DNA of 64,000 nucleotides from NCBI GenBank assembly GCA_030141605.1, contig JAQGDQ010000003.1:62001-126000 (forward strand), written 5' to 3'. Shown piece by piece: positions 14,116-34,785 of the stretch; the first letter of the stretch is position 1; each line of letters starts with the position of its first letter. A program made the translations under genes and the position numbers. The DNA is from Tubiluchus corallicola (lineage: Eukaryota; Animalia; Priapulida). Below the pieces are notes generated by a model. That model was not told the DNA's origin. It did not search any database and was given only the letters and a program-made list of their open reading frames with translations.

Positions 14116-14379
14116 ACCAACTTATTATTATCATCATCGTCGCTGTCGTCTCCATTATCATTTAGTGATTCGTGCTTGTGGCCTCTGCCAGTTCGGGTAA
14201 GCCATAGTTAGTTCAAAACCCTGTAGAGATGTACAACTTTTTCAGACAAGCTCTCTATCCGTGTGTTTACGTGATTGTGTCAAGAATAATTATAACAGAA
14301 TATAAATATATAGAGCAAGTAATTATAAGTCTCATAATTATGCTTTTGACAGGTAGCTACATCAACATTGCTACAGCCG

Positions 14380-17300
14380 ATGAAGATGCTACAGTTCTGT
14401 GGAACGATCGCATTTTTACTCCTTGCGACAATTCATTTCATCAGAGCGGCTTGTCCAGCAGATGTCGCTCCATGTCGATGCGATGAATTCGACACAGGTG
14501 TCCATGTTACCTGCAACTGCGACGCAGAACACGACTTGCAGGACTACCTTGATGCCATGCAAAAGGTTACTGACCCAGTGTACGAGTTGCGCCTACAATG
14601 GTGCACCTTTGATCGTTTACCGACAGAAGCCTTTAATGGAATGAGCATTAACATTATACACGTTGTAAATGGCGAACTAAGGACTATTTCAGAAAGAGCT
14701 TTTGCAGGACTAGAGAATTCTCTTACCCAGCTTCACTTGGGCTGGAATAAAATAGCGACAATACCATCGAATAGTTTAAATGGCCTGAAACAGCTGGAAA
14801 TACTAAACTTCCAAAATAATGAGATTACAGAAATAGCTGAAGAGTCAATACCCGAATTGCCTTTACTCACGAGAATAATTTTCTCTTCGAACACGATAAA
14901 TACTATAGCGAGTAGCAGTTTTCAAAATGTCGCCAACTTAACACGATTAGATTTAGGCCAAAACAATCTCAGAACTATCCAGTCTGACATGTTTTCAACT
15001 TTAACCCAACTGACAACTCTTGATGTCTCGCGTAATTTTCTGACGGTTTTACCAAATCACGTTTTCTCGGAGGTTCCTTCCTTGACGTACCTATCATTAG
15101 CAAGACAAACCATCGTTACCATTGAAGAAGATGCTTTTGAAGGACTGCACGATTTGATAGACCTCGTGTTATTTCAAAATGAGATTACTGAATTACCAGC
15201 TGGAGTTTTTGATGATAACTACAACCTGGTCACACTAGACCTTCATATCAATAAAATAAAAAACATATGTCCGAATTTATTTAAAAATCTAGCAGTACTC
15301 CAATACCTTCACTTTGGAGAAAACAGTATTGAAGAGTTAACCAAAGACTGCTTCAATGGGCTTAATAATGTCACGCACCTTTACCTGTATGCAAACGTCT
15401 TAAGGTCAATTCCAGAAGGTGTCTTTGATGAACTTACGAAACTTACATATCTGCACGTAGGAAATAACGATATACGTGATAGCATTCCTGTGTTTGTTTT
15501 TTCAAATCTAGAAGCACTAGAAGTTTTATATTTAAATGACATAGGATTAACTCGTCTGGAGCCAGACCTGTTGCGTAATTTAGTAAATCTGCGATATTTG
15601 TACTTGTTTAAAAACTCGCTAGAAGAACTTACCCCGAATTGTTTTCAAGACTTGGGTAACTTAGAATATTTATATCTCTCTCAAAATAGTGAACTAAAGG
15701 TGATAGGTGAGGACTCACTAAAGGGGCTCTCGAAAATAAAAATAATCGAGTTGCAAGACTGCAGTTTGGAAACCTTGCATAAAGATGCATTCGTCTATTG
15801 CGAGCAAACACTAGAGAAACTGTTTTTGGGAAATAATTACCTCACAGGTCACGCTTTCCACGCTATTGGAATTCTCGAAAATCTGATTTATTTGAATCTG
15901 AGCGCAAACAGTTTCCGTGCATTTCAAGGTAAGCAAGAATGTCGTTAACCGTTTTTTGTTAAGCTTTTGCTGTGGGTAATTCTTCATCGCCCACTTTTTT
16001 AGTAAAGATCTATTAGTAATGTATTTAAAGAAGCCAAAAAACAAAATCAGTTTGGACTCACACTGCGAGCCTTGGCTTAGGCAAAATTAAACCTAATCAG
16101 AGTTTCTTTTCTTCACGATGATAGTACCTAACACTAGATCAACTTACATTTACAGGCATAGAAACTAGGTAAATTTCAAATGAATAATATAATTGTCACC
16201 GTATATAGAACTTTTAACATTAGTGTGCTCAAAAAAGACAAAAATTAAGTAGAAATTTGCAAATTATAGAAAATGAAATGGAAAAGATGGCCAAAATTAA
16301 TGAACTGCGAAAAGATTACATTTAAGATGCGTACGTAACTAGTTAGTTTGTATGTTTTTGTTTAGTTTTAATATTTTCTTAAAAATTCTTAAAATTGATT
16401 TAAATCAAAAATTAAAAAAGCGAAAAAAACTCGCGTGTGCAGGCGATTGATATTAGAATACAGACACTATGGTAAGGGTTACTATATATATTCTAAATTT
16501 TGAGATTTGTAAGAAAGAAACTTCAAACACATTAGAGTACTTGGTTGCTACCATTTCTTTATTGCGTGAAGTTTATTACAGTCTTATTAGCACACGTGTT
16601 ACAACTCAAAATTACTTTCAGGAACCAACTTTATATACTCATACTATATTGAAGCCCATAAATAATATCAGAAAAGGTAGTTTTCGGTTTATGAACAATA
16701 TATACGATTACATGTATTTTGAAAAACTGATTATAAAGAATAACGTTTTTATTTTGTTAATAAACAGGTTAATGCGAGCGTTATTACTTATATTCAACAT
16801 ATCTTATGTCAAAATAAGCAAAGTTCTGGAAGGTTACCAAAATCTCCATCCTTTGCTTTATACAGATGCAAAAACCCCATGAGAAAAAATTAGAACACAA
16901 TTAGCCAACAACAAAATTAGCAAAGTAAAAGTAAACAAAAATAACTAGTTGACAATGTTTCTGACCTGGTCAGAAACTGAAGATTTTGCAGACACTAGTT
17001 ATAGATTTGGGCCCTGTAAAGACGCTAGCCTTTTGCTGGAAAATTGTAACTTGGAATTTTATTGAATTCACATTGTTGCTGGACTACATAGGAACTGCCC
17101 TTAACAAAAAGAAATTACAAGTTTCAACTTTTTAACCCTATTCGCCTCATCAAGACCTTTCATTTGACATGCTACATGGTATCATTCATGCACACTCAAT
17201 GCATTTTTGTTCCCGACCCCCATTTTTCCGTTTTTGCCCCTACTGGAGTTCAACCAATCTTTGCACAACTTATACCATTCGGTTTGTTTCATCGAGACCT

Positions 17301-20300
17301 TTCTTATGATATGCTACATGCAAGTTCCAGTCGACACTGGAAGGCGTTTGTCTCCTCGACATCTATTTTGCCCCTTAGTGGGGTCGCGGGTTAACTATTC
17401 TCATTGTAGCCTATGCCATTCGATCCGCCTCATCGAGACCTTTAATTTGATATGCTACAAGGTACATTTGCTCAACACTCGGTGCACTTCTGTTCCCGAC
17501 CCCCATTTTTCGGTTTTTGCCCACTAGCGGAAAATTTTGTTATATGGGGACCTGCTCTGTGGTTTGCAAGGCCAGTACACCACCTAGCAACATATTAAAT
17601 ATAGCTCTAAAACTACGGGAGCAGATGGATCATAAAGAAAAATAAATGGAGACCCGCCCTTTGACCTTGTGACCCGGCAACTCCGGTCACATGTATACGT
17701 ACATAAGTTTGCCCAGAGAGTGTACCCTGTGCGTTTTGTGTCCCTAGCTCTCAGCATATAAAAGGTCACCAATTGGGGGACCCGAAATTATGCATTTTGG
17801 CCCCTCCCTCGGGCGTTTGAAACTTACCAGCTTTTTAAAACCCCAGGCTTAGGAGCTATTAAACGTTACAGTTGCGAAGAATAAATAAGAATAATAAATA
17901 AAAATAAATAACTGAATGAAAAACAGTAAGATTTTGCTATATGATATGGCAAAATCTTACTATTTTTCATTGGGTTATTTATATAGCAAAATCTTAATAA
18001 CAGCAGGAGCGGATTAAGGGTTTCACGAAACTATTAAAAGCGCCGTGTTTTTTTTTAATTTTTTGTACATAACAGACTTGCCAACAGTCTATTTTGCTTG
18101 TGACAAATGGAAATGATTTTGACTGTCATTGCCTTTCCACTTCTGGGTTGATCAAAAGCCGAGTTGAGGTTCGTTATTGAGGCTACCTCTAACGAGGATT
18201 CTAAAACGTTGGACAACGAGAAATGTGCTGCACATGTCTAAATGCCTTGCTCTTACAGTCTTGAGTCTAAATGGCTTATGTGCCTAAATAACCTATGTGC
18301 CCAAATTATCTTGCGTCCAAATTACCTATGTCTCCAAAACAAACTATGCCCATTGCTGAAGTTGCTTATCTGACCAATGCTATCTGTATCCGAACGTTTT
18401 ATGGTTAAACATCCAGTGAGTGTCTATTGTGAAAAATGAAATATTTTGTGAACCACTCAAGTGCTTACGGGCAATGCATAAAAAAGAAAAATAAATATAC
18501 TTGCCTTGAAAATGTTCAGCTTAAACATTTTGATAAATCCTGCTTATTAAATAGCATTGTCTCTGTTTAATTATTGCTCGCCCGTCTCAGACTCCACCGA
18601 CCTATCAAAATTAGGGCTTACGGCTTAAAGCCTATTGGTTAACCTGCCCCATAATAACAGCATCAACTGAGAAAATAAACATGTTTTGCAATTTCTGCTA
18701 TTGCTTCAGCAGTTTGCGAAATAATTTTATTGTTGGATTCGCCTTTATTTTTACAGGTGGTTTACTCACAAGGTTGAACAGTTTAAAATGGCTAGGTTTA
18801 CGACACCAGAAAGAGTCAGCTGTATTTTCTTGTACTGGCGCTTATCATGGTTTGAATTCTCTTGAATTATTAGATCTTGATGAATCAAGTGCCGTATATC
18901 TACCAAGCAACGCCTTTTCGGATCCGCTTCCCGATAGTTTAACTATCAACTTAGGTAAGTAAACGTTTATTTCATGATACAAGATTAAAATTTGTTTTAT
19001 GTTGAGTCAGTGGTGCATTAAGAGTTTCACAGGCCTAAGTCTATCAACGAACGAATGCCCTCAGCCCAGACTCTCCACTTTGGGAAAATCTATAAATTTC
19101 TTTCGAATACCCGAACCAAGTTAGAGTAAAATGTTTTTTTCGACAAGGCGACAAAAAACCTCCAAAATAGCTATTTTCCGCTCATTTGCGGAATACCACG
19201 AGGCTGGAGGTGGGACAATAATGTGAAGTGCAGTATTACTCTCACTCTCACTTAGTGTGATGATTTGCTTTTGTTGAGTGACTTTCGATGATTTCACGCT
19301 GCACCAATCATCATCGCATCATCATAATGCCCATTACCTCCATTGTAGACATTGGGCATTAGAACTCTTAAAATGGAAGAAATCTGCCTTCAAAGCAGGT
19401 AAACACAGTAGTAATCCTGCAAAAAACTAGACACTGCTACACCAGTGGCTTGTCAACAATGAGTGCGATATTGGTATCAGAAGCTCTATTTCCGAGGGCC
19501 TAAGCCGAAGGATAGTGCTGCTGGTGATAGTCCCGAGGGGTCGTAAACGCATTGTTGTCCAAAAAACTTAGTGTTATTAGCTTTATTAAGCTTATGACAC
19601 ATAGAAGTTTCCAGTATCTGACTTCCACCGTACGCTGCCAAATATACGTTCTTTCTCGTTTCCAAACGCTGAACGCGGGCGCAAGACGCTGGAGGATTCG
19701 GTGTATCATAGGCTTTATACACTAAAAGTTGTAAACAAAAATAATTAATAACAACAGACATTGTTGCGCCTTCTCATCTCATTCGGCATTCTATAAAAAG
19801 TCATGTCGACTGATCAAATGACATTGTTTTGACTAATTGCAGACAACAATATACTGTAATATGTTTTAAGTAGAACATCTGTTAGCATTCGGCTACATAA
19901 ATCACTTTTACTTTTTACTGATTACTCTTACTTTAATAACTTTTATATAATTTTTTTACACTTTATTTTCAGGCAATGTGTTCTGTGATTGTCACGTGTC
20001 ATACTTGTTGGAACAGTCTAATTATGGTTGGTGCACAGGGCCATCAGAAAATGTCGGCTCATTGAATTTACTGACTGCAGGTAACTTAACCTGCGACGGC
20101 GACTACACTTATATTTCGGAATATTGCCCGTCACCTTCAAGTCCTTTAATTGACCTACTGGTAAATTCAGCAACTTCTGACAGTATTACAATAACTGGGA
20201 CTTATATGGAAGAGCTGAATCAGGGAGATCTGCCGGAGTTCATGAAATGGGGGTTGAGCGAAGTAGACAAGTCCAATCGACTGCAGTTTTACAACAACTT

Positions 20301-20622
20301 TACTTACACTCAACACAGTTCTGTCATTTTCATGTCACTAAAAGAAGCATCTTACTACAAAATCTGTTTATACGCACTTTGGGAAGACGACGCTATTGAA
20401 GACGTCAGCAAGTGTGTCTCTGTAAAAACTTCTCTTGCCGAAGTCGAACCAGAGAAGACATACGGACAAGACATATTACTCATTTCCATTTTCGCAAGCA
20501 TTGCCGGTAGTGTAATCTTGGTTATGCTAATCGCGTTTTTGTCTGGGAGATATTGTCGGAAACCAAAAGATGATCTGGAGATGGTCACGCATGCGTATGA
20601 TAACGATATGTCTAAATTTTAG
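14380..20622 (+). CDS. LRR-FN3 single-pass transmembrane receptor B (798 aa, 3 coding exons)
   Basis: Exons 14380-15928, 18757-18954, 19973-20622; both introns are phase 1 GT-AG and the total is 2397 nt. Domains: signal peptide (MKMLQFCGTIAFLLLATIHFIRA), LRRNT (CPADVAPCRC), about 21-22 typical 24-aa LRRs, LRRCT (GNVFCDC..GWCTGP..LTC), FN3-like (SLKEASYYKICLYA), TM (ILLISIFASIAGSVILVMLIAFL), tail ending YDNDMSKF. Confidence 0.92.
16940..18000. mobile_element. Non-autonomous Helentron/HINE-like element in intron 1 of receptor B
   Basis: Three internal degenerate repeats built on CATCGAGACCTTT-ATTTGATATGCTACA (about 17140, 17280, 17420). ACTAG plus a short hairpin TTTCTGACCTGGTCAGAAA near 16943-16976. 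AAT-rich tract followed by a terminal hairpin AAGATTTTGCTAT..ATAGCAAAATCTT-AATAA at 17890-18000. Family assignment rests on general resemblance only. Confidence 0.45.
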
Positions 20623-20891
20623 TATGTAACTGTGCATACCACAGTTACCACACGATGATACCACCATTATGAAGTCGGCAATACCATGTTGAGTGATTTA
20701 CTTAGGAAAAAATAATTGTTAAGTTAAAGAGGAAGAAAAGGGAATTTTAAAGTATGTCTCAAAAAACTTTCCATACAAAGTTATTATACTTGACATTACT
20801 GTTAGCTGCTTGAAAAACGTAATTGGGAAAGAAAATTTTTCATGGTATAAAATATTCGCGAAACCTGATAAAACGGTACTGCATCGCAATC

Positions 20892-21204
20892 CCAGTGTGC
20901 ACCACTTGTTCACCAAAAAACACATTATTGGTCTTACAGACAGGAAAACTTTTTTTGGAAGAGTGTGCTACGAATGTTCCGATTATTTTTTCAAATTTTA
21001 CACAATGTTATCTAAACTCATTTTCAAACGACCTACCATTAAAATGGCTGCGCCTAACGGTCAACGCGCGAGTGTAAATTTACAAGTTTTAAACAGCATT
21101 ACTGTTAACGCAAACTCTCTATCCAATAAGACAGCTTGTAAGTAATATAAAATTTCAAAACGAATTTTTTAAGTTTTATTTATAAAGGGTGTTTTCTTGT
21201 GCTT
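20892..21204 (+). repeat. Dispersed repeat, copy 1 (about 310 bp)
   Basis: Collinear with 23887-24203, e.g. GCTACGAATG..GATTATTTTTTCAAA..TGTTATCTAAACTC..AAAATGGCTGCG..TATAAAATTTCAAAACGAATTTTT. Confidence 0.85.
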
Positions 21205-21872
21205 CATACATTTTTCAATATTCATTTACTCTCTACAACTAGTATGCTGCTCGAGTACAGAGTAATCCACGCTATACTTCATTATGCTCCATAAACTGTT
21301 CATAAAGTTATTGATAAAAATGAAACTTTGGTAAAACATAATAGTGTTTAATAACATGCAGTCATTGTTGTAAAATTGACGTGATGGGCTTATAGCAGCA
21401 GTAGTGACATCGATTTCTCCACTGGAATAGTGAAATTTTTTGTAAAAACACTTTCAGTGGCTTCCTGCGATTTCACAAGCACTGTTTCCAAGCATGCGAT
21501 CCGTAATCGATCAGGAGTCCATGTCTAATAACCTCCAATATAAGCTCACAATTGCATGACGCAAGAGAAAAAGATGAGAAGAATCAATTTTGTTGACCTA
21601 AGTTGACCAGAATTAAAAATATTAATAAGTTTACTGCCAGCTCGCAGCAGCAAGCTTCTCAGTTCTCAAAGTTTAAAATATTCAAAATGTTGAACTTCTC
21701 AAGCAAGGAGTACAAGTCCTCGCTTGAAGATGCTAATGCGCAGTACGAGACATTTGGGCATGGGGACACTTGGACACAAGACATTTGGCCACCAATAAAA
21801 TTTAATGTTGCACATAATTTTTTATTTTTCCTTATAAAATTTTTAATGATACACTATCTGTCTAACTCTTGC

Positions 21873-21917
<45 letters not shown>

Positions 21918-21919
<2 letters not shown>

Positions 21920-22486
21920 TTTTACACGTCAAATGTAGACACAGGAAAGTTCAAATGTGACTTAGGTAAGTCAAATGTAGCTAAACCAACGATAGTCATC
22001 ACCTCTTTCATAACTTTGAAAAATGTGTTGTTTATCCCTTCTCAAAGAACAGCGAATCACCAATTACTTTTTTTTAAGTAATGCATTAGCACTGCATTAA
22101 TGAATTAGTTTCTCTTAAGAAACGTTGTTTATTTTAAGAATTTGTTGTTTTCTCTAAGAGTTCCAATGGTATGTAAAGTTTACAAAATATTAGTGAACTA
22201 TTAGTAGCCCTATAAAGTTATTATTTTCACAGCAATTATTAAATTAAGATTAAAGGAGATTAAATTTAACATCCTTAAACTTTACTGCCTATCCAAATTT
22301 GAGATACCAATGTCACATTTGACTTGACATGTGTCGACATTTGACTTTCCAAAAACGCTTGACTCCTTGAAAACCATTGTTAACACATTTGAACTACCTA
22401 AGTCTACATTTGAGTTACCAAGACACATTTGAATTACCTAAATCTACATTTGAGTTAACGCAGGTCTACATTTGACATGTAAAACC
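21918..22486. mobile_element. MITE (569 bp) with 23-bp TIRs, inserted in a (TA)n microsatellite
   Basis: Left end GGTTTTACACGTCAAATGTAGAC versus reverse complement of the right end GGTTTTACATGTCAAATGTAGAC (22/23 match). Subterminal TCAAATGT repeats in inverted orientation at both ends. TA runs on both flanks. Confidence 0.85.
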
Positions 22487-23886
22487 TATATATATATCGA
22501 ATATATATATCAACTCAAAAAGTCAAAACATACAAATTATGAATGAATAAAGAAATATATTACACACAAAAGCAGTTTAAGATCGCTTTCACTAAATTTA
22601 TGCAGCAATATGTGTCATAACTATTAAAACCAGTCAATAGACTTTGCATTTTTTGGTTATTCGTTATGGCTTTCCACTTGTGTTATTTATAAAAACTGGA
22701 CGAAGCAGAAGAAGACACGTTTAGAGCATATTTTATCAAAATATGACAGCAATTTAGTTCAAAAATATCAAATGGATCACAAAACACTAAATAACAGAAA
22801 ACTGTTCGTGACAAAGAATCTAGTCACAATCAAATTTAGGGTTACTGCAGCATATATGTACCTATGATCTGACTTGGGACAGGTTTCTGCAGCGCTACCA
22901 TACTTTATCTCTTTGTCTTTATTATGTTTTAATGGTCTCTTTTAACGTTTTTTGAGTGTCAACTTAGTTTTCACTTTTGCGGATATGGTTTGATAATAAA
23001 AAGCAGTAAATGAATTGACAATTTTTTAATTCACACAGAAAATTCGATTCTTACACAGTGAGTTAAAATGGAAGTGCTGCAAACAAGCCATTGGCATAGC
23101 AGTGTCTAGTTTGTCGCGGAATTACTGCTGTGTTTACCTGTCTTGAGGGCGGAGTTCCTTTTTTAGAATTTCTGCCTTCCCAATAACCACTTAAAATTAA
23201 ACAAAAAAACTTAGTAGCTCAGAATGGGTCACGATATTTGAAAAAAAACGAAACTGCCACCAAGGCATAGGCCCCGTCATATGGAAAGTCTTCAAGGCGT
23301 TACAGACTTGTATCCCCAAAAGTGCCATGGGTTAAAACTGGTGTTAAAATTTTTTGGGCACTCCAAAGCTGATGAACTGCAATACTGCAACTGTTTTTAG
23401 TTACTAGGACTACAAGATAAATCCATCATGTCGCTTGTTTCTCTTTTCACAAACAACCTTGATTAATTATTCAATTAATCGAATGAATCATTCACACCAC
23501 TGAATGCTTAAAGACAATTGATTTTGCATTTGTTCAATTGCCCGACTCCGAGAGCTTAGGTCAAGTTGATAGGGCTATGATAATGTCCCACACAACTGAA
23601 ACCACGAAATATTGCGTTGTGAGTATAATCTTTTATTTTTCATTTGTTTTCATTTTAAATCTCCGCAATATTGTTCCGAAGTCGCCATTACATGACGTCA
23701 TGTACCAAACGTAAATCAAGGGAAGAAAAGGCAATGTTAAATTACATCTCAAAAGGCTTTTCGTGCAAATCTATATTACTCAGATTTTCGCTTACCTGCT
23801 AAAAAGACTTATGTAACTAGAAAAGAAAATTATTAATTATTTAAAATGTTTTTACCAATTGGTAAAATATCGCTGACTCGCCTTCC

Positions 23887-24203
23887 AGGGTGCACCACTC
23901 ACTAACCAAAAAACGTATTTTTAATTTTATTGACAAGATACAGTAATTTTAAATTTGATTTAGTTAGCGACTTGTGCGCTACGAATGCTCTGATTATTTT
24001 TTCAAACTTTACAAAATGTTATCTAAACTCGTTTCAAATGACGTGTCGTGAAAATGGCTGCGTCTAGTGATCATCGCGGGAGTTTAAATTTACATGTTTT
24101 ATACAGCGTGACAGCCGATTGAAGACCTGTATGTAAAAAGGCAGTATAAAATTTCAAAACGAATTTTTCAAGCTTTATGTTTATGAAGGGTTTTCTTGTG
24201 CTT
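23887..24203 (+). repeat. Dispersed repeat, copy 2
   Basis: Direct, diverged copy of 20892-21204. Confidence 0.85.
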
Positions 24204-24591
24204 TAAGATATAGCTCAAAACAATCCAATCTATAGAATTTTTGTTTGACTTTTGTTTACAAGTTTTTGATTTTTTATTTTTTTGTATTTTTATACAACGA
24301 CTTACTTTAGCATTATTTTTGTATATTTTTCAAAATAAACTGTAAATTCCCTAAATAAAGCAATATGTGCAACAAGTTATTATATTGTATTAGAGGTAGT
24401 TGGCTAGATGACCGTATATATATATATATTGGACTGAATTCGACCCAGGGGGTCGAACTCCAAAATTGCATGGCGGTCTTGATATTTCGCATTATGAAGT
24501 GCCATTTGATAATCGTTGTGTAACCGATACTTAATTACAAATGTTAGTGTTAATTAACTAAACTAATGTCTGTAAACTAGTACCTTATACC

Positions 24592-24938
24592 TGTTATAGC
24601 ATGTCATCTAACTCTCATAAAACAAAATACACAAAAAACGACACTGTACGGAGTTTATTAACAGCACTAATAAAAATAAGTAACAAAAATACACGCGCAC
24701 AAAAAAATAACTAACTAACGCAGTAACAGCACTACACCCGAGGAGTACCTGTATCAGAAATCAAGGCTGTAGTGACCTCTACACGCTTTTATACTGGCAT
24801 TCCAGGTCAGCTGGCTTCTCACACCACGTGTAGGCCTAAACAAGACGTCTGGACCTACAAGAAAGGGGTGAGTCGCTGCTGACGTGGAAGCAGGGCGTGT
24901 TGAGGGCCCTACACCTGACCCGACACAGGTGCCTCCGT

Positions 24939-24942
<4 letters not shown>
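24592..24942 (-). mobile_element. Solo-LTR-like element
   Basis: On the minus strand it starts TGTTACGG and ends CTATAACA (TG..CA with short inverted termini). TATAAAAG (24786-24793) precedes AATAAA (24654-24659) in the expected LTR order. No clear TSD. Confidence 0.5.
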
Positions 24943-24977
<35 letters not shown>

Positions 24978-27056
24978 TATATTCATTTATTCGCATTTTC
25001 GTGATTATTATAAATCCAATAATAACAAATAAACATATAGTATTTAGTGGCTATTTACAATATTAATAAAAAATGAAAGTAAAAGTATTCAGGTAATTAA
25101 ATGAGGTCTAACACAATGTCAATTTTCGTTGACTGCCCAATCAGCGTGTAAGTTATTTCACACACCCCTGCAGCGGGACATTTAGCTACAGCTCGGTCTA
25201 ACACTGTTGTGAAAAATGCTCAACATTTAATTAGTTAGCGGGAGAAATTTTGGCCTTCTTCTAGATTTTATAATTGTCAATTGAAATTGCAAGTGAATTA
25301 GTGGAAATATATAGTCTAGTTTCGTTTATTGGAAGAAATGCACAACGCTTAAGTCTATAAGTTGCTGATTAAATCATTTTGCAATCAAGAAAATACGCAG
25401 TTTTGTTTAGTTTATGACTTTGCAAGTTCGATAAAAACAATTATGTGGTTAACTTTAAATAAGGACAAAAATTGTTTTCTTTTCTGGTAAGTCTTTTATA
25501 AGAGATCTTATAAATGAGATCTTCACAGCCAAAATTAATTCAAATGTGGTCAAAACTTATTACTATACATCAATGTAATATTAGCTAATTTTACGCTATT
25601 TTTCTGGTTATAATCATGGTTAAAAGAGCCATTGGGACTTATGTGACTCGGCATTCAATACAAGGATAGTCTATGGAATGGAACAGTCAAATTTATCCCA
25701 TTTCCGTAGCCTGACAAACGGAAAAATACAAAAACTTATTAAATCTTGCAGACGAGCACATGCTCACTTAATATAGAAAAATATATCGCAGGCTTGATGT
25801 TCGTATGTTTAAAGGCAGGAGAGACTTAAAATTTTTGTTGCTCACTTATTGTAAAGCAAGGCTAACTGGCTTAGTTTCTTTATTATATTTATGTCTCTGT
25901 ATTTTGTAGTGCTTTGAAACTTCGTCTCTACATTCTGTTTAAATTGAAAAGTCATTTTTTGGCTACTTGAAGTGTTAATTTCGTGTTAAAATAGCTGCTG
26001 CTCTGCAAATTTGTGTTTATGAAAAAGAGCAATCCGTTTATCTGCTGATTAGTTGTGACAGTCATGTTGTTTAGTTTAGTTTAGTTTAGCTTAGTCAGTT
26101 GTTGTCCTGCGTGAGTTGTCCCGAATGCTGCTGAGCGTGCTTACGTTGCAGCGGGGACGGAGCGATAGACCAACATGTTTGACGTCAATTAACAGCGTAT
26201 TTAGTAAACACATGATGTCATTATTTGAGAAACCTGGCATTACGTATGGCCCCTTATCTGCCCCCTTCTTCGTTGCATAATTTTTTTATTAAAAATTTAC
26301 AGTAATTATTGTATTTTGTGGAAGAAAAATTAATTAACTGAACTGAATTGAATTTGCATGTTTTCAATTTTTGAACCACATATTTACAGAAGTAAAATTT
26401 CCTGAATTCGTATTTGTTATGTTTTTTACTATGTAGGCCTATGTTTTCATTTTTCTATACTACGCGTTCTTTTCACGTGACATAGCATCCTATGCGCTCA
26501 TATTAACGAATAAAATATATAAATAATAGCATAAAAATAGACGTTTTTCTCCAGTAAATTGATTATAGGTTGTAAAAGTACAGGTACCATAGTCCCTGGC
26601 AATATTGAAAAAGATGGAAAATCTAGCTTCCATATATTTTAACAACTCTGGTGACTTTTGCGTCTCGTATACGGATTTGAATGGAATGTTCAAAGTTGTT
26701 TACTCAGTGGAATATTTGGAATTTTGCGAAGCTGAATACATAAATTTATTATCATTGTAACAAGGAAGTTTGAACCGGAAAACGCCAGAACAGAGTTTCC
26801 ATGCACAGCGCAAGACTCTAAAACATATCTATGTACTGCCTGGGTAATGACTTTTCTACAGTAAGGCGTGAAACGAAGTAACCTATTGGTGCTTAAAATT
26901 TATCATAACTATTATTATTATTAAGTATTGTCATTAGGTAAGTACTTTATGATAAAGTAGAAAATTTATTTTAAATTATGTGTTCAATGAATCAACATGG
27001 TCTATTTTCTAATTTTGTTTATTAGCTATTATCTAACACACCTTTACAAGCTGAAA

Positions 27057-34785
<7,729 letters not shown>

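Noticed and set aside
14380-15928. Toll-like receptor or agnathan VLR
   Set aside because: No TIR domain; has FN3+TM rather than a Thr/Pro stalk with GPI anchor; no flanking LRR cassette library.
16469-16882. 137-aa ORF in receptor B intron 1
   Set aside because: AT-rich, no recognisable motif, and no splice-compatible role.
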